64,000 bases of DNA from a virus: the IMG/VR virus record IMGVR_UViG_3300027749_000044. The stretch is one strand, 5' to 3'. This document shows, in pieces, positions 40,193 to 48,859 of this stretch (position 1 is its first letter; each line of letters begins with the position of its first letter). A program made the position numbers and the translations under genes. The notes under the pieces were generated by a model. It was given only the letters and a program-made list of their open reading frames with translations. It was not told the DNA's origin and made no database searches.

Positions 40193-40438
40193 ATGATAGG
40201 GCAAACTGTAAAAACTGCCGGAGGACTAACAGGAGAAATAATCGATATTGAAAATGGAATGTATCGAGTTGAAACTTCTGATGGTAAATTTTGGCATTGG
40301 CCTGAACATCTGTTTGATGTTGGAGATCCGGCCGCGCGGCCATATAGAACGATCAAAATTTTGATCGATGGAAATCTTGCCCATATGTTTGTCGCGCCGG
40401 TAGGCGAACGGTTCGGGTTTGAAGCATTTATCATATAA
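40193..40438 (+). CDS. hypothetical protein
   Basis: ORF; start uncertain. Confidence 0.5.
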   Translation: MIGQTVKTAGGLTGEIIDIENGMYRVETSDGKFWHWPEHLFDVGDPAARPYRTIKILIDGNLAHMFVAPVGERFGFEAFII

Positions 40439-40500
40439 ACATGGTTGCCAAAGGTCCGATAATGTCCTACAGTTGGATTCTAGACAGATGGAGAGACGTT

Positions 40501-40680
40501 GTGCGAAATCAAGCACTGGTTGACTACTATGTGACCGAAGGATCCAGCCGAAGCCGGCAAACGGCGCAAATTGACGCCGGCGTTCAATTGAATGGCGCCA
40601 CAAGCGAATTTGCGATACAGACGTATTTGTCCCAAAAACATGGGCGCAATATTGAAATTATGAATATTAGGTGGCTATAA
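40501..40680 (+). CDS. small hypothetical protein
   Basis: GTG start after GGAGAG; promoter TTGCCA-17-TACAGT at 40445 lies in the longer ORF call. Confidence 0.55.
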   Translation: MRNQALVDYYVTEGSSRSRQTAQIDAGVQLNGATSEFAIQTYLSQKHGRNIEIMNIRWL

Positions 40681-40904
40681 TGTCGCAGCTTGAACTAAAA
40701 ACACATCTTCCTGTTATAACACCTAAAGGCTCAGGAAGAGCAATTATAATGATTGACTATGGACCAGAAGAACATCTTTTATGGGTTGTCATTCAAGATG
40801 CAACCGGAGAAATATGGACATGGTCAAATTTAGATATTCGAGTTAAAGATAACATAACATTAAGAAGGAAAACCAATGACTGTTCCGTATTGTTGGAAAA
40901 TTGA
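40680..40904 (+). CDS. small conserved phage protein
   Basis: TPKG.G.A...IDYGPE..L.WVV..D.TGE.W. Confidence 0.65.
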   Translation: MSQLELKTHLPVITPKGSGRAIIMIDYGPEEHLLWVVIQDATGEIWTWSNLDIRVKDNITLRRKTNDCSVLLEN

Positions 40905-41100
40905 GTTTCATGCCATCGGATACGATGGATCTACTTTGGATTGGTGCGATAGTTTAGAAGATGCCAAGTCAGTCAAGGGCTGCGTCAAAGTTGAACTTGT
41001 AAAATCATATGTTGATGATCGCGATCTCGTATGGGCATTGGATGATGAGGAATTAGATGACGAAGAATTAGATGACGAAGAATTGGATGAGGAGGAATGA
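40876..41100 (+). CDS. hypothetical protein with acidic DDEEL repeat tail
   Basis: ORF ends LDDEELDDEELDDEELDEEE. Confidence 0.6.
   Translation: MTVPYCWKIEFHAIGYDGSTLDWCDSLEDAKSVKGCVKVELVKSYVDDRDLVWALDDEELDDEELDDEELDEEE
41041..41097 (+). repeat. 15-nt coding tandem repeat (about 3.8 copies)
   Basis: GATGAYGARGAATTR repeated. Confidence 0.8.
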
Positions 41101-41387
41101 GTGACGATTATTGCCACGACATTGCTTGTGAATATGGATGCAGACACAAAACGCGCGTCTGTCCGAAACGCCAAGGAGAACGGGAAATGACACCCGAAGA
41201 ATGGGTAATACAAAAACTTGAGGCTGACCTTGATAAGTACGTTGCCCACATCGAGGCCTTGGAAGCCGAGAACGCAGCCCTCAAGGCGCTGGTAGCTGAG
41301 CGGGATGCATCCGCCGAGCAGCTACAGTTCTACGCCGATGACCTCAGATCATTCCTGCGGTTGAGTGCGGCAGGAGGAATGTTGTGA
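41097..41387 (+). CDS. hypothetical coiled-coil protein, GC-rich
   Basis: IEALEAENAALKA; GC-rich codons. Confidence 0.55.
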   Translation: MSDDYCHDIACEYGCRHKTRVCPKRQGEREMTPEEWVIQKLEADLDKYVAHIEALEAENAALKALVAERDASAEQLQFYADDLRSFLRLSAAGGML

Positions 41388-41587
41388 TCGAATTTGGCTT
41401 TATCAGTTCTCATACCAAAGGCGGCCAACACACCAATGGTCCTGACTACGGGATCATGACGGCGCGAAGTCCCGAGGGCGTGTACGTAGAAGTCCAGACG
41501 CACCATGGGATGCCACCACATATTGCCCGACAATTAGCCGGTGAGGCCATCGAATGGATTTTGTCTTCTTCGCGAGGCCGGAAATGA
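41384..41587 (+). CDS. mini GGQ (release-factor domain-like) protein
   Basis: KGGQHTN.........P.G..V..Q; AGGAGG RBS. Confidence 0.55.
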   Translation: MIEFGFISSHTKGGQHTNGPDYGIMTARSPEGVYVEVQTHHGMPPHIARQLAGEAIEWILSSSRGRK

Positions 41588-41727
41588 TTCTAATTTTAAA
41601 ATTTATTGTTTGCATTTTTTGTTTTCTTTTAGGATTAATTGTCGCGGCGGTAATTGGGTATATTGTTATTAGTATTATCCTTGCCGGCATCCTTATTACG
41701 ATAGGAAAAATTCTTGGCTTTGAATAA
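41584..41727 (+). CDS. small membrane protein (47 aa)
   Basis: Manual translation is almost entirely hydrophobic. Confidence 0.5.
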   Translation: MILILKFIVCIFCFLLGLIVAAVIGYIVISIILAGILITIGKILGFE

Positions 41728-41986
41728 ATGGATAGGACTGGAAGTATCAAGTCCATATTGGGAAAAAGGTAAAGTGATCGCCGTGAATAACGGAGAAGCA
41801 TGGGTCGAAATACTTCGCCATGGCGGCCGAAAAGATATGGCTACAGTTAAATTATCGGAACTTAAACAGATTGTACAAAAACCAACTTTTATTAATTTGA
41901 TGTGTATCCTTGATGACGACACAATACCTATGACACTTAGAATCAAAAAAATAATGGATTTATACGAGGAATATTATGAAAGTTAA
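41714..41986 (+). CDS. hypothetical protein
   Basis: ORF in operon context; start uncertain. Confidence 0.5.
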   Translation: MALNKWIGLEVSSPYWEKGKVIAVNNGEAWVEILRHGGRKDMATVKLSELKQIVQKPTFINLMCILDDDTIPMTLRIKKIMDLYEEYYES

Positions 41987-42479
41987 TATTGGAAAATATC
42001 CTGGTCCTAGGTCGAAAAAAGAACGTAAGATCGATATTCGGATTGACCGTTGGGACACATGGTCGATGGATCATACTCTTTCTTTGATCATTCATCCTAT
42101 GCTTGTGCAACTAAAAGAAACAAAGCATGGTGCGCCTTTTACCGATGATGAAGACGTTCCCGAAGAACTACGGTCAACATCTGGCCCACCAAAAGAAAAC
42201 GAGTGGGACCTAGATGATCGATTTTTCAAACGCTGGGAATGGATCCTAGATGAAATGATTTGGGCATTTGAATTGAATATCGACGATGATTGGGATAGTC
42301 AATTTCATTCTGGCACACCAGACTTTAGATTTATAGACCAAGATGACGGAACTTCTAGATTAGTCAGAGGTCCTAATGATACTTCTGTGTGGGACCAAGA
42401 AGGTCAAAAAGCATATTCCGACCGAATGCAAAATGGATTTAGACTTTTTGGTAAATATTTTTCGTCATTGTGGGATTAA
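41976..42479 (+). CDS. conserved T4-like hypothetical protein
   Basis: WDTWSMDHTL..II.PML.QLK..KHG.P, W.WILDEMIWAF, GFRLFGKY...LWD. Confidence 0.75.
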   Translation: MKVNIGKYPGPRSKKERKIDIRIDRWDTWSMDHTLSLIIHPMLVQLKETKHGAPFTDDEDVPEELRSTSGPPKENEWDLDDRFFKRWEWILDEMIWAFELNIDDDWDSQFHSGTPDFRFIDQDDGTSRLVRGPNDTSVWDQEGQKAYSDRMQNGFRLFGKYFSSLWD

Positions 42480-42531
42480 ATACTAAATAGCCAGTGACTT
42501 CTTCTTTATTATAAAACAAAAGGAGAAGTAA

Positions 42532-42906
42532 ATGGAAGATTACACAAAGTTAACATTAGGACAAAAGTTAGCCGACGGTGTTGCCACTTTGGTCGGGTCT
42601 TGGCGATTTGTCATTATACAATCTTTATTAATTTGTTTTTGGATAGGAATGAATTTATGGTCTCCATGGAAATGGGATCCATTTCCTTTTATCTTGTTAA
42701 ACCTTTTTCTTAGTTTCCAGGCTGCATATACCGCTCCATTTATCATGATGAGTAGCAATCGGATCGAACAAATTGATAGAGCCCGATCAATTTCCATATA
42801 TAATTTGGAGACAATGGACCACGAAAAACTATTTTCTCTCGCGGAGCACATCGACAACCATTTTGATAAATTGCACGAAAAAATCGACAAAAATGGCTTG
42901 CCATAA
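42532..42906 (+). CDS. DUF1003-like membrane protein
   Basis: GSWRF, DPFPFILLNL.LS.QAAY.AP.IMMS.NR. Confidence 0.85.
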   Translation: MEDYTKLTLGQKLADGVATLVGSWRFVIIQSLLICFWIGMNLWSPWKWDPFPFILLNLFLSFQAAYTAPFIMMSSNRIEQIDRARSISIYNLETMDHEKLFSLAEHIDNHFDKLHEKIDKNGLP

Positions 42907-42947
42907 CCGAAAAATGGTGTATGATAAAAATATGACAGGAGATCGGA

Positions 42948-43223
42948 ATGTCTAATTCAAACGACATCGGCCCACACGAAAATATCCAACTTTGGGCTGA
43001 TTATGATGAACTATTCCAAACAGCCGTATTTTTAAAAAAAATGGGAGTCGGTCGAATTCAAACGATGACCCCAAAAGAAGTTATGTTTGATATATATCAT
43101 GCTCTGTCTATTAAATATGAAATCGATTTCGAAGAAGTTGATGCCGCCCTAGACAGAATGGAAAAATATAATACAGGCACTGCAAAGTATCCCGAATCAG
43201 TTTTGGCCAATCGTAAGCACTAG
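42948..43223 (+). CDS. hypothetical protein
   Basis: AGGAG RBS; promoter TTGCCA-16-TATGAT at 42898. Confidence 0.6.
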   Translation: MSNSNDIGPHENIQLWADYDELFQTAVFLKKMGVGRIQTMTPKEVMFDIYHALSIKYEIDFEEVDAALDRMEKYNTGTAKYPESVLANRKH

Positions 43224-43233
43224 GAGAATATTT

Positions 43234-43401
43234 GTGTATAATGAAGTGACGAATGACCGGCCGCGACCGGCAAAAATTATGACGTTTAAGGCATATTGTG
43301 ACTTGCAAGAATTCGTCAAGCGCGAACGCAAGTTTGAATCCAAGGTTACGTATTTCGATCCATCATTAAAAGAATCATGGGTGTTAGTGGATGAGGACTA
43401 A
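43234..43401 (+). CDS. small hypothetical protein (55 aa)
   Basis: GTG start after AGGAG; manual translation MYNEVTNDRPRP...VDED. Confidence 0.55.
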   Translation: MYNEVTNDRPRPAKIMTFKAYCDLQEFVKRERKFESKVTYFDPSLKESWVLVDED

Positions 43402-43406
43402 TCGCC

Positions 43407-43817
43407 ATGGATTCCAATTTGAGAATCCTGGACACTTTGGCGAAGCTAGCCGAAACGGTACCTAATCATTATAGAGGCCGTCTGGCAGCTGCCCTTGTAT
43501 ACCGAAATGAATTTTTGTCTTTCGGTATTAATCAAATGAAGTCCCATCCGTTTCAAAGTAAATTTTCTTCCACAAAAGAAGCCATCTATCTCCATGCCGA
43601 GACGGATGCAATCCGACATGCATTGAAGAAATATGACTTTAAGACGGTCGCCAAATCGAAGCTTTATATTTGTCGGGTAAAACATGAAACTGCCAACAAT
43701 CCAAGCTTGGTTTGGGGACTTAGCCGGCCTTGCGCCGGATGTCAACGGGCAATTGCTACGTTTAACATTGAACATGTATGCTATACGACGGAGAATGGCG
43801 GATATGACTGGCTCTAG
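43407..43817 (+). CDS. zinc-dependent deaminase-fold protein (CMP/dCMP deaminase-like)
   Basis: HAE ... RPCAGC zinc motif. Confidence 0.8.
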   Translation: MDSNLRILDTLAKLAETVPNHYRGRLAAALVYRNEFLSFGINQMKSHPFQSKFSSTKEAIYLHAETDAIRHALKKYDFKTVAKSKLYICRVKHETANNPSLVWGLSRPCAGCQRAIATFNIEHVCYTTENGGYDWL

Positions 43818-43970
43818 AATGCGGTATGGTCAACATCCAAATGAAAGTTGGGGTCCCAACTGGAAAAAAGAATATGATAAATTCATAGAAGGTTGCGTAT
43901 CCGGCAAAATTACCACTTGCCCTTATTGCAAACATCCTGTATATTTTCCTAATAAACCAAAGGAAACGAC

Positions 43971-44522
43971 ATGAATATATTTTTTGTAGATTCAAATCCT
44001 ATAAATGCCGCACAGGCTCTTGTTGATCGGCATATAGTGAAAATGGTTTTAGAAACTTCTCAGCTATTGTCGACCGCGCATCGTATCCTAGATGGCGCAC
44101 CTGTATTGGTTATGTTGCGTAACCCAGATACGGGTAAAACCCGTAAAAAGACGGTATGGATTTTGCCTGATGCCCGTAATGATATCATGTATAATGCCAC
44201 ACATGTTAACCATCCGTCGGCTATTTGGTGTCGAGAATCAGTAGAAAACTATACCTGGCTTAGTGACCATTTGTTTGCTCTATGTAATGAGTATACCTAT
44301 CGATATGGTAAAGTACATAAAGTCCAACGTACAGGGCTTATGCTTGACTTACTTTCTCCTCCATTGAACCTCAAGACATATGATCACACACCAATGCGTA
44401 TAGCCATGGCAGACGAATTCAAAATTTCCGATGACCCTGTAATTAATTATCGAAATTATTATCGACAAGGCAAACAGCATTTGCACAAGTGGACCAAACG
44501 TCCTGCTCCAGATTGGATTTAA
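43971..44522 (+). CDS. pyrimidine dimer DNA glycosylase-like protein
   Basis: MNIF, D.H.VKM.LE..QLLSTAH, H.NHPS..W.RES, EY..RYGK.H, YR.YY, WT.R..P.W. Confidence 0.75.
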   Translation: MNIFFVDSNPINAAQALVDRHIVKMVLETSQLLSTAHRILDGAPVLVMLRNPDTGKTRKKTVWILPDARNDIMYNATHVNHPSAIWCRESVENYTWLSDHLFALCNEYTYRYGKVHKVQRTGLMLDLLSPPLNLKTYDHTPMRIAMADEFKISDDPVINYRNYYRQGKQHLHKWTKRPAPDWI

Positions 44523-44525
44523 GAC

Positions 44526-44550
44526 AAAGCCCCCTAACGGGGGCTTTTTT
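44526..44550 (+). terminator. rho-independent terminator
   Basis: AAAGCCCCC-TAAC-GGGGGCTTT followed by T-run. Confidence 0.9.
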
Positions 44551-44551
44551 G

Positions 44552-44559
44552 TATAAATA
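44552..44559 (+). promoter_or_regulatory. late promoter starting the cargo operon
   Basis: TATAAATA; further late-type sites at 45512, 48823 and 51051. Confidence 0.8.
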
Positions 44560-44580
44560 TATTAAACTGGAGAAATTGGT

Positions 44581-45513
44581 ATGCTAACTTTCAAAGAACA
44601 TTTTGAACTTGATCTTTTATTAGAAGAAGTATCTCCAAATGACAAAGGTGTTTTACATGAATTGTTGACGGGCAAAGCCCTCAATAATGGCGAACATATG
44701 TCACCAGAAGCAAAAGCCACACACGATAAAATTAAATCAAATATTACAGACGAAGAATATCAAAATCATGTAAAAATGGCCGAAGGTACTGCACATGCAT
44801 TACGCAAAAAATTCGGTCCAATTAGTTCGACGCATTGGTCGTCGAAACCAGGAGACATACACAAAATTACAGGTGTGCATGAAAGCCAACAAGAAAATCC
44901 TTCTGACATTATACTCAAACATCCTGATGGTGGACATACAGGAATTTCATTAAAAATTACACAAAAAAAACATCAAAAAATTCCCGTTGGAAATCCAGGA
45001 ATCGGACAAACTGACGCCGCGTTAGGTACAAATGCGAAAAGACATTATGATAAAGCAAAAGAAAATTTTGAAAAAGAATTTCCTGAATTAAAAGGCAAAT
45101 CCGACAAAGACAAAAAAATCGCGATTAAAGAAAATTCAGAAATGAGAAAACGGGCTGAACATCACTCGAATGATGCCATAGGAAAAATCAGAGATGAATG
45201 GCACGATAGATTTCATCAAATGGCCCACCACGAATTGGCCCATCATCTAAGACATTCTTTACATGCGAATGCTACTAAAATTCCAACATATAAAGTAACT
45301 ACCCGCGGAAATGGCAATGATCATTCTGTAGAGATTGAACATCCTGGAACAGAATATGATCATATTCTAAATCATCCCGAAGGAATAACAATCCACAAAT
45401 CTGGAAATAATAGTATTGAATTTAGACACAATGGCAAAAGATTCATGCGGCATAGAATTAAACCAATGAGTACTCCTATTGCCACGACATTAAAAGGCTC
45501 TATAGAGTATTAA
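44581..45513 (+). CDS. His-rich putative internal protein, PD-(D/E)xK nuclease-like
   Basis: CTS-like MLTFKEHF..LLLEE; G..HE...PSDI.......GISLK. Confidence 0.55.
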   Translation: MLTFKEHFELDLLLEEVSPNDKGVLHELLTGKALNNGEHMSPEAKATHDKIKSNITDEEYQNHVKMAEGTAHALRKKFGPISSTHWSSKPGDIHKITGVHESQQENPSDIILKHPDGGHTGISLKITQKKHQKIPVGNPGIGQTDAALGTNAKRHYDKAKENFEKEFPELKGKSDKDKKIAIKENSEMRKRAEHHSNDAIGKIRDEWHDRFHQMAHHELAHHLRHSLHANATKIPTYKVTTRGNGNDHSVEIEHPGTEYDHILNHPEGITIHKSGNNSIEFRHNGKRFMRHRIKPMSTPIATTLKGSIEY

Positions 45514-45543
45514 TAAATACTTGTTTGGACACGGAAAGAATAT

Positions 45544-46722
45544 ATGAAAAATTATCTCAGTTTTATCGTCGAAGAAAATGAAAAAAGTGCCGGCCACCAG
45601 CATATAGAACATATTTCCGATGTCGGAGCATTTGATGGTCCGCACGGAACAAAAAGAGCAATTGGTGCACTGCAAGGATTTCATGCAAAAACTGATGCTA
45701 CTCGCAAATTGGACGATTCGATGTCATTTCATACGACTAGATTGGCCGACGGTAAAGTTGGAGTTAAATATAAAGGCTCAGGTGCAAAGTGGTATTTTCA
45801 TGACGGCACCGAAAAGGGCATAGAAAATGCACACAAAGAAATTGACGCTGATTTGGCTCATAAACCATATATGGCCGAAAAGCTAAAACATTTGGTATCA
45901 CATATACACAAAGTACTTCCAGATCGACCAGGATCGTGGCAAGGCGGGTATATGCATGATGCAGAATCAAGACATGAAACAAATGGCAAAATTCATTTCC
46001 GGCCAAATACAATCAATTATTCTACCGACGCCGATTCTCCAGAAGGCAAGAAAATCAAAAAGTCAAAGGTAGGAATTGCAATACATACGGAACTAGTTCA
46101 TCCAGACGGCAAACCAGTTCCTGTTTTGGACAACTCAGAATTTAAACATCATCCGGACGTGCATATGATGGGTCACGTCATTCCTAAATCAGAAACTACA
46201 TTGTCCAAAGAAGACCATGATGCATTACATCATCATTTAAAAGAAGCACATGATTTATCCCACAACAGAGATTATAATCACCTCAAAGGACATGAAACCA
46301 CTTTGAGAACTTATATGAATTCTACGGTCAGAGAAAACAAAGAACCAAATGCCGAAGGATACCATAATTGGTTGAGAGATTATCATAATAAAAAAATCGA
46401 CTCTGTAAAAACGGATAAAGCTAAAGCCGCCAAAATTGCCGAACGCGACAAAGCACTCGCTCATGTAAAATCTAATAAAGACCATTTCGATAACACCTTT
46501 AAACTACATCATCATCTAGAAAAAGCTACTGATATTTTGGCCAATCATGTATCTAGACATTCGACAGGAGGATTTGGGCATGATATTGATGGGCAAGAAT
46601 CGGGCCCGGAAGGTGCTGTAATACATGGTCTCAAAATTGTAAAGCGCCGAGGTGGATTTTCAGAGGCAAATTTCCGTAGAGCGGAAGAATTCAAAAAATC
46701 TAGAGCAGAGGCTAAACAATAA
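45544..46722 (+). CDS. His-rich DUF6267-like protein with ligase-like nucleotidyltransferase motifs
   Basis: CTS-like MKNYLSFIVEE; HIEH, KLDD, F.PNTI.Y, EGAV, KIV.R..FS.ANF. Confidence 0.65.
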   Translation: MKNYLSFIVEENEKSAGHQHIEHISDVGAFDGPHGTKRAIGALQGFHAKTDATRKLDDSMSFHTTRLADGKVGVKYKGSGAKWYFHDGTEKGIENAHKEIDADLAHKPYMAEKLKHLVSHIHKVLPDRPGSWQGGYMHDAESRHETNGKIHFRPNTINYSTDADSPEGKKIKKSKVGIAIHTELVHPDGKPVPVLDNSEFKHHPDVHMMGHVIPKSETTLSKEDHDALHHHLKEAHDLSHNRDYNHLKGHETTLRTYMNSTVRENKEPNAEGYHNWLRDYHNKKIDSVKTDKAKAAKIAERDKALAHVKSNKDHFDNTFKLHHHLEKATDILANHVSRHSTGGFGHDIDGQESGPEGAVIHGLKIVKRRGGFSEANFRRAEEFKKSRAEAKQ

Positions 46723-48383
46723 TGGTTGATTCCCCAGATAACACCGGCCCAGATACAAGTAAAGTTGAGCCTGAAGCAAAACAAAAAGAATTACCAAAAC
46801 ATGCCAAGCTTGGTGATATTATAAGAAAAAAATTCAAGTCTGCTGGATTGCAAGTAAAAACTGCATTGGGAGACGAACCGGACGAAATCGTAATTAATCC
46901 TATGACTGAATCTGCCGCGGTGTCCAAAAATAGACATGCGGTTGTTTCATTTGGTCGTATGGGAATTTTTACTAATGGTCATAAAAAATTGACTGATAAA
47001 GTCAAAGCCGTGGCAAAAAAAGTCGGCGGAACAGCATCTGTTTATTTGTCAAAAACACAAGATGCAAAAAAGAATCCTTTATCATATGAAGACAAATTGA
47101 GATATGCCAAAATCGGGTCAGGTGGGGTTGTTAAACATTCTGATGCACGTAATATTATGGAAGTTGCAGCACAACATCATGGTCAGGCAGAACATCTACA
47201 TGTAGTTGTTGGTGGTGATAGAGTAAAAGAATTTCACGATTTGCTACACAAATATAATGGAAAAGAAGGAGCCGCCCATGGATTTTATCATTACAAGTCT
47301 ATTACTGTACATAATGCAGGCGACCGTGACCCAGACGCAGAAGGAACAGAAGGTATTTCTGCATCGAAAATGAGAGAACACGCATCAAATAATGATACAG
47401 AATCCTTTAAACAAGGATTGCCGGATTCATTGAAGCCACATGCCGGCGAAATGATGCATAAAGTAAGAAAGGGCATGAAATTGGAAGAAGAGTCGCTGAA
47501 AAGTATATTAAATTCTATATTCGAAGAAAAATCAGTGAAGGCTATTCCAACCCCAGGAAGTAGCAATATTCGTCCAACCAAATATCCAAACGGTGCCGGC
47601 GACGTTGGAATGGATTCGAATATTGAAGTTGCCAATGGTCCTATAGATCAAGCAAACAAAACAGTACAAAGAAAAAGAGGAGCAGTGGTAAAAAGAATGC
47701 AAGGACCATTGGATCTAGATGAAATGGGAACATTGGATCAACGTGCCCTCCAAGATTTAGAAGATAGAACTCCTAAGAAAGAAAGTCGATTGACTCCTTG
47801 GGAAAGGATTCAAAAAAAAAGAAGAAGTCACAAAAAAGAAACGACAACGGTAAATGAACACATTGTCAAGTTGCCTTCTGGCAAATATAGATTACTTTCC
47901 CATAAAGGCAAAAATTTAGGCACGTTTGATAGTCATGAGGCCGCGGCCAAACATGAGGGTGAAGTTGAATATTTCAAAACTCACAATGAAGGTTTTGATG
48001 TTGAAGAATCCGCCGCCTGGCAACGTAAAGAAGGAAAAAATCCTACAGGCGGACTAAATGATAAAGGTATTGCTTCGTATCGCGCTGAAAATCCAGGTTC
48101 ACATCTACAAAAAGCAGTAACAGGTAAAGTAAAACCAGGGTCAAAAGCCGCCAATAGACGCAAGTCATTCTGTGCTAGAATGTCTGGTGTTCCTGGTCCT
48201 ATGAAAGATGATAAAGGAAGACCAACAAGAAAAGCTCTGTCTCTCAGAAAATGGAAATGCCATGAAGAAAATGAAACAGGCGGACTATTAGAAGACAAAC
48301 CATGTTGGAAACAATATAAGCAACTTGGAATGAAAAAGAAAAATGGGAAAGAAGTGCCCAATTGTGTACCTAAAGAGGAATAA
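46722..48383 (+). CDS. cytidylyltransferase-like (HIGH) domain fused to small modules (polyprotein-like)
   Basis: FGRM...TNGH, KNPL, VVG.DRV.EF, AG.RDPDAEG..G.SASKMR; C-terminal AAWQRKEGKNP...RKSFCARM and PCW..Y...G.KKK.GK.VPNCVP modules. Confidence 0.8.
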   Translation: MVDSPDNTGPDTSKVEPEAKQKELPKHAKLGDIIRKKFKSAGLQVKTALGDEPDEIVINPMTESAAVSKNRHAVVSFGRMGIFTNGHKKLTDKVKAVAKKVGGTASVYLSKTQDAKKNPLSYEDKLRYAKIGSGGVVKHSDARNIMEVAAQHHGQAEHLHVVVGGDRVKEFHDLLHKYNGKEGAAHGFYHYKSITVHNAGDRDPDAEGTEGISASKMREHASNNDTESFKQGLPDSLKPHAGEMMHKVRKGMKLEEESLKSILNSIFEEKSVKAIPTPGSSNIRPTKYPNGAGDVGMDSNIEVANGPIDQANKTVQRKRGAVVKRMQGPLDLDEMGTLDQRALQDLEDRTPKKESRLTPWERIQKKRRSHKKETTTVNEHIVKLPSGKYRLLSHKGKNLGTFDSHEAAAKHEGEVEYFKTHNEGFDVEESAAWQRKEGKNPTGGLNDKGIASYRAENPGSHLQKAVTGKVKPGSKAANRRKSFCARMSGVPGPMKDDKGRPTRKALSLRKWKCHEENETGGLLEDKPCWKQYKQLGMKKKNGKEVPNCVPKEE

Positions 48384-48386
48384 ACT

Positions 48387-48827
48387 ATGTCAACATTGAG
48401 TGATAAATTAAAAGTAGTATTGGCCGACACTTTTGCATTATATTTAAAAACACATAATTTTCATTGGAATGTAGAAGGCCCAAATTTTCCACAGTATCAT
48501 GCATTTTTCGATTCATTATATAATGAATTATGGGAAGCAACTGACGGTATTGCAGAACATATCCGGGCGCTAGATGATTATGCTCCAGGATCTTTTGCTA
48601 GGTTCGGAGCACTGTCAAATATTAAAGATGAAGTACGGATTTTATCAGCCGAAGACATGATTAAAATTTTATATTTAGATAATGACGTTGTAATGAAATC
48701 AATCAAAGACGCATATAAAGAAGCAGAAAAAGCAGGCGAATGTGGAGTAAGTAATTATCTACAAGATCGATACGACATACACAAAAAACATGCATGGATG
48801 CTAAGGTCTACTTCAAAGAAACCATAA
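48387..48827 (+). CDS. dps: Dps/ferritin-like DNA-protection protein
   Basis: KTHNFHWNVEG.NF...H..F...Y.E....D.IAE, KHAWML. Confidence 0.92.
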   Translation: MSTLSDKLKVVLADTFALYLKTHNFHWNVEGPNFPQYHAFFDSLYNELWEATDGIAEHIRALDDYAPGSFARFGALSNIKDEVRILSAEDMIKILYLDNDVVMKSIKDAYKEAEKAGECGVSNYLQDRYDIHKKHAWMLRSTSKKP

Positions 48828-48859
48828 ATAACAAGAATATTCAAATACAGGGAACCAAA

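Noticed and set aside
43224-43406. Apparent intergenic gap as a structured ncRNA
   Set aside because: Explained by a 55-aa GTG-start ORF with an AGGAG RBS
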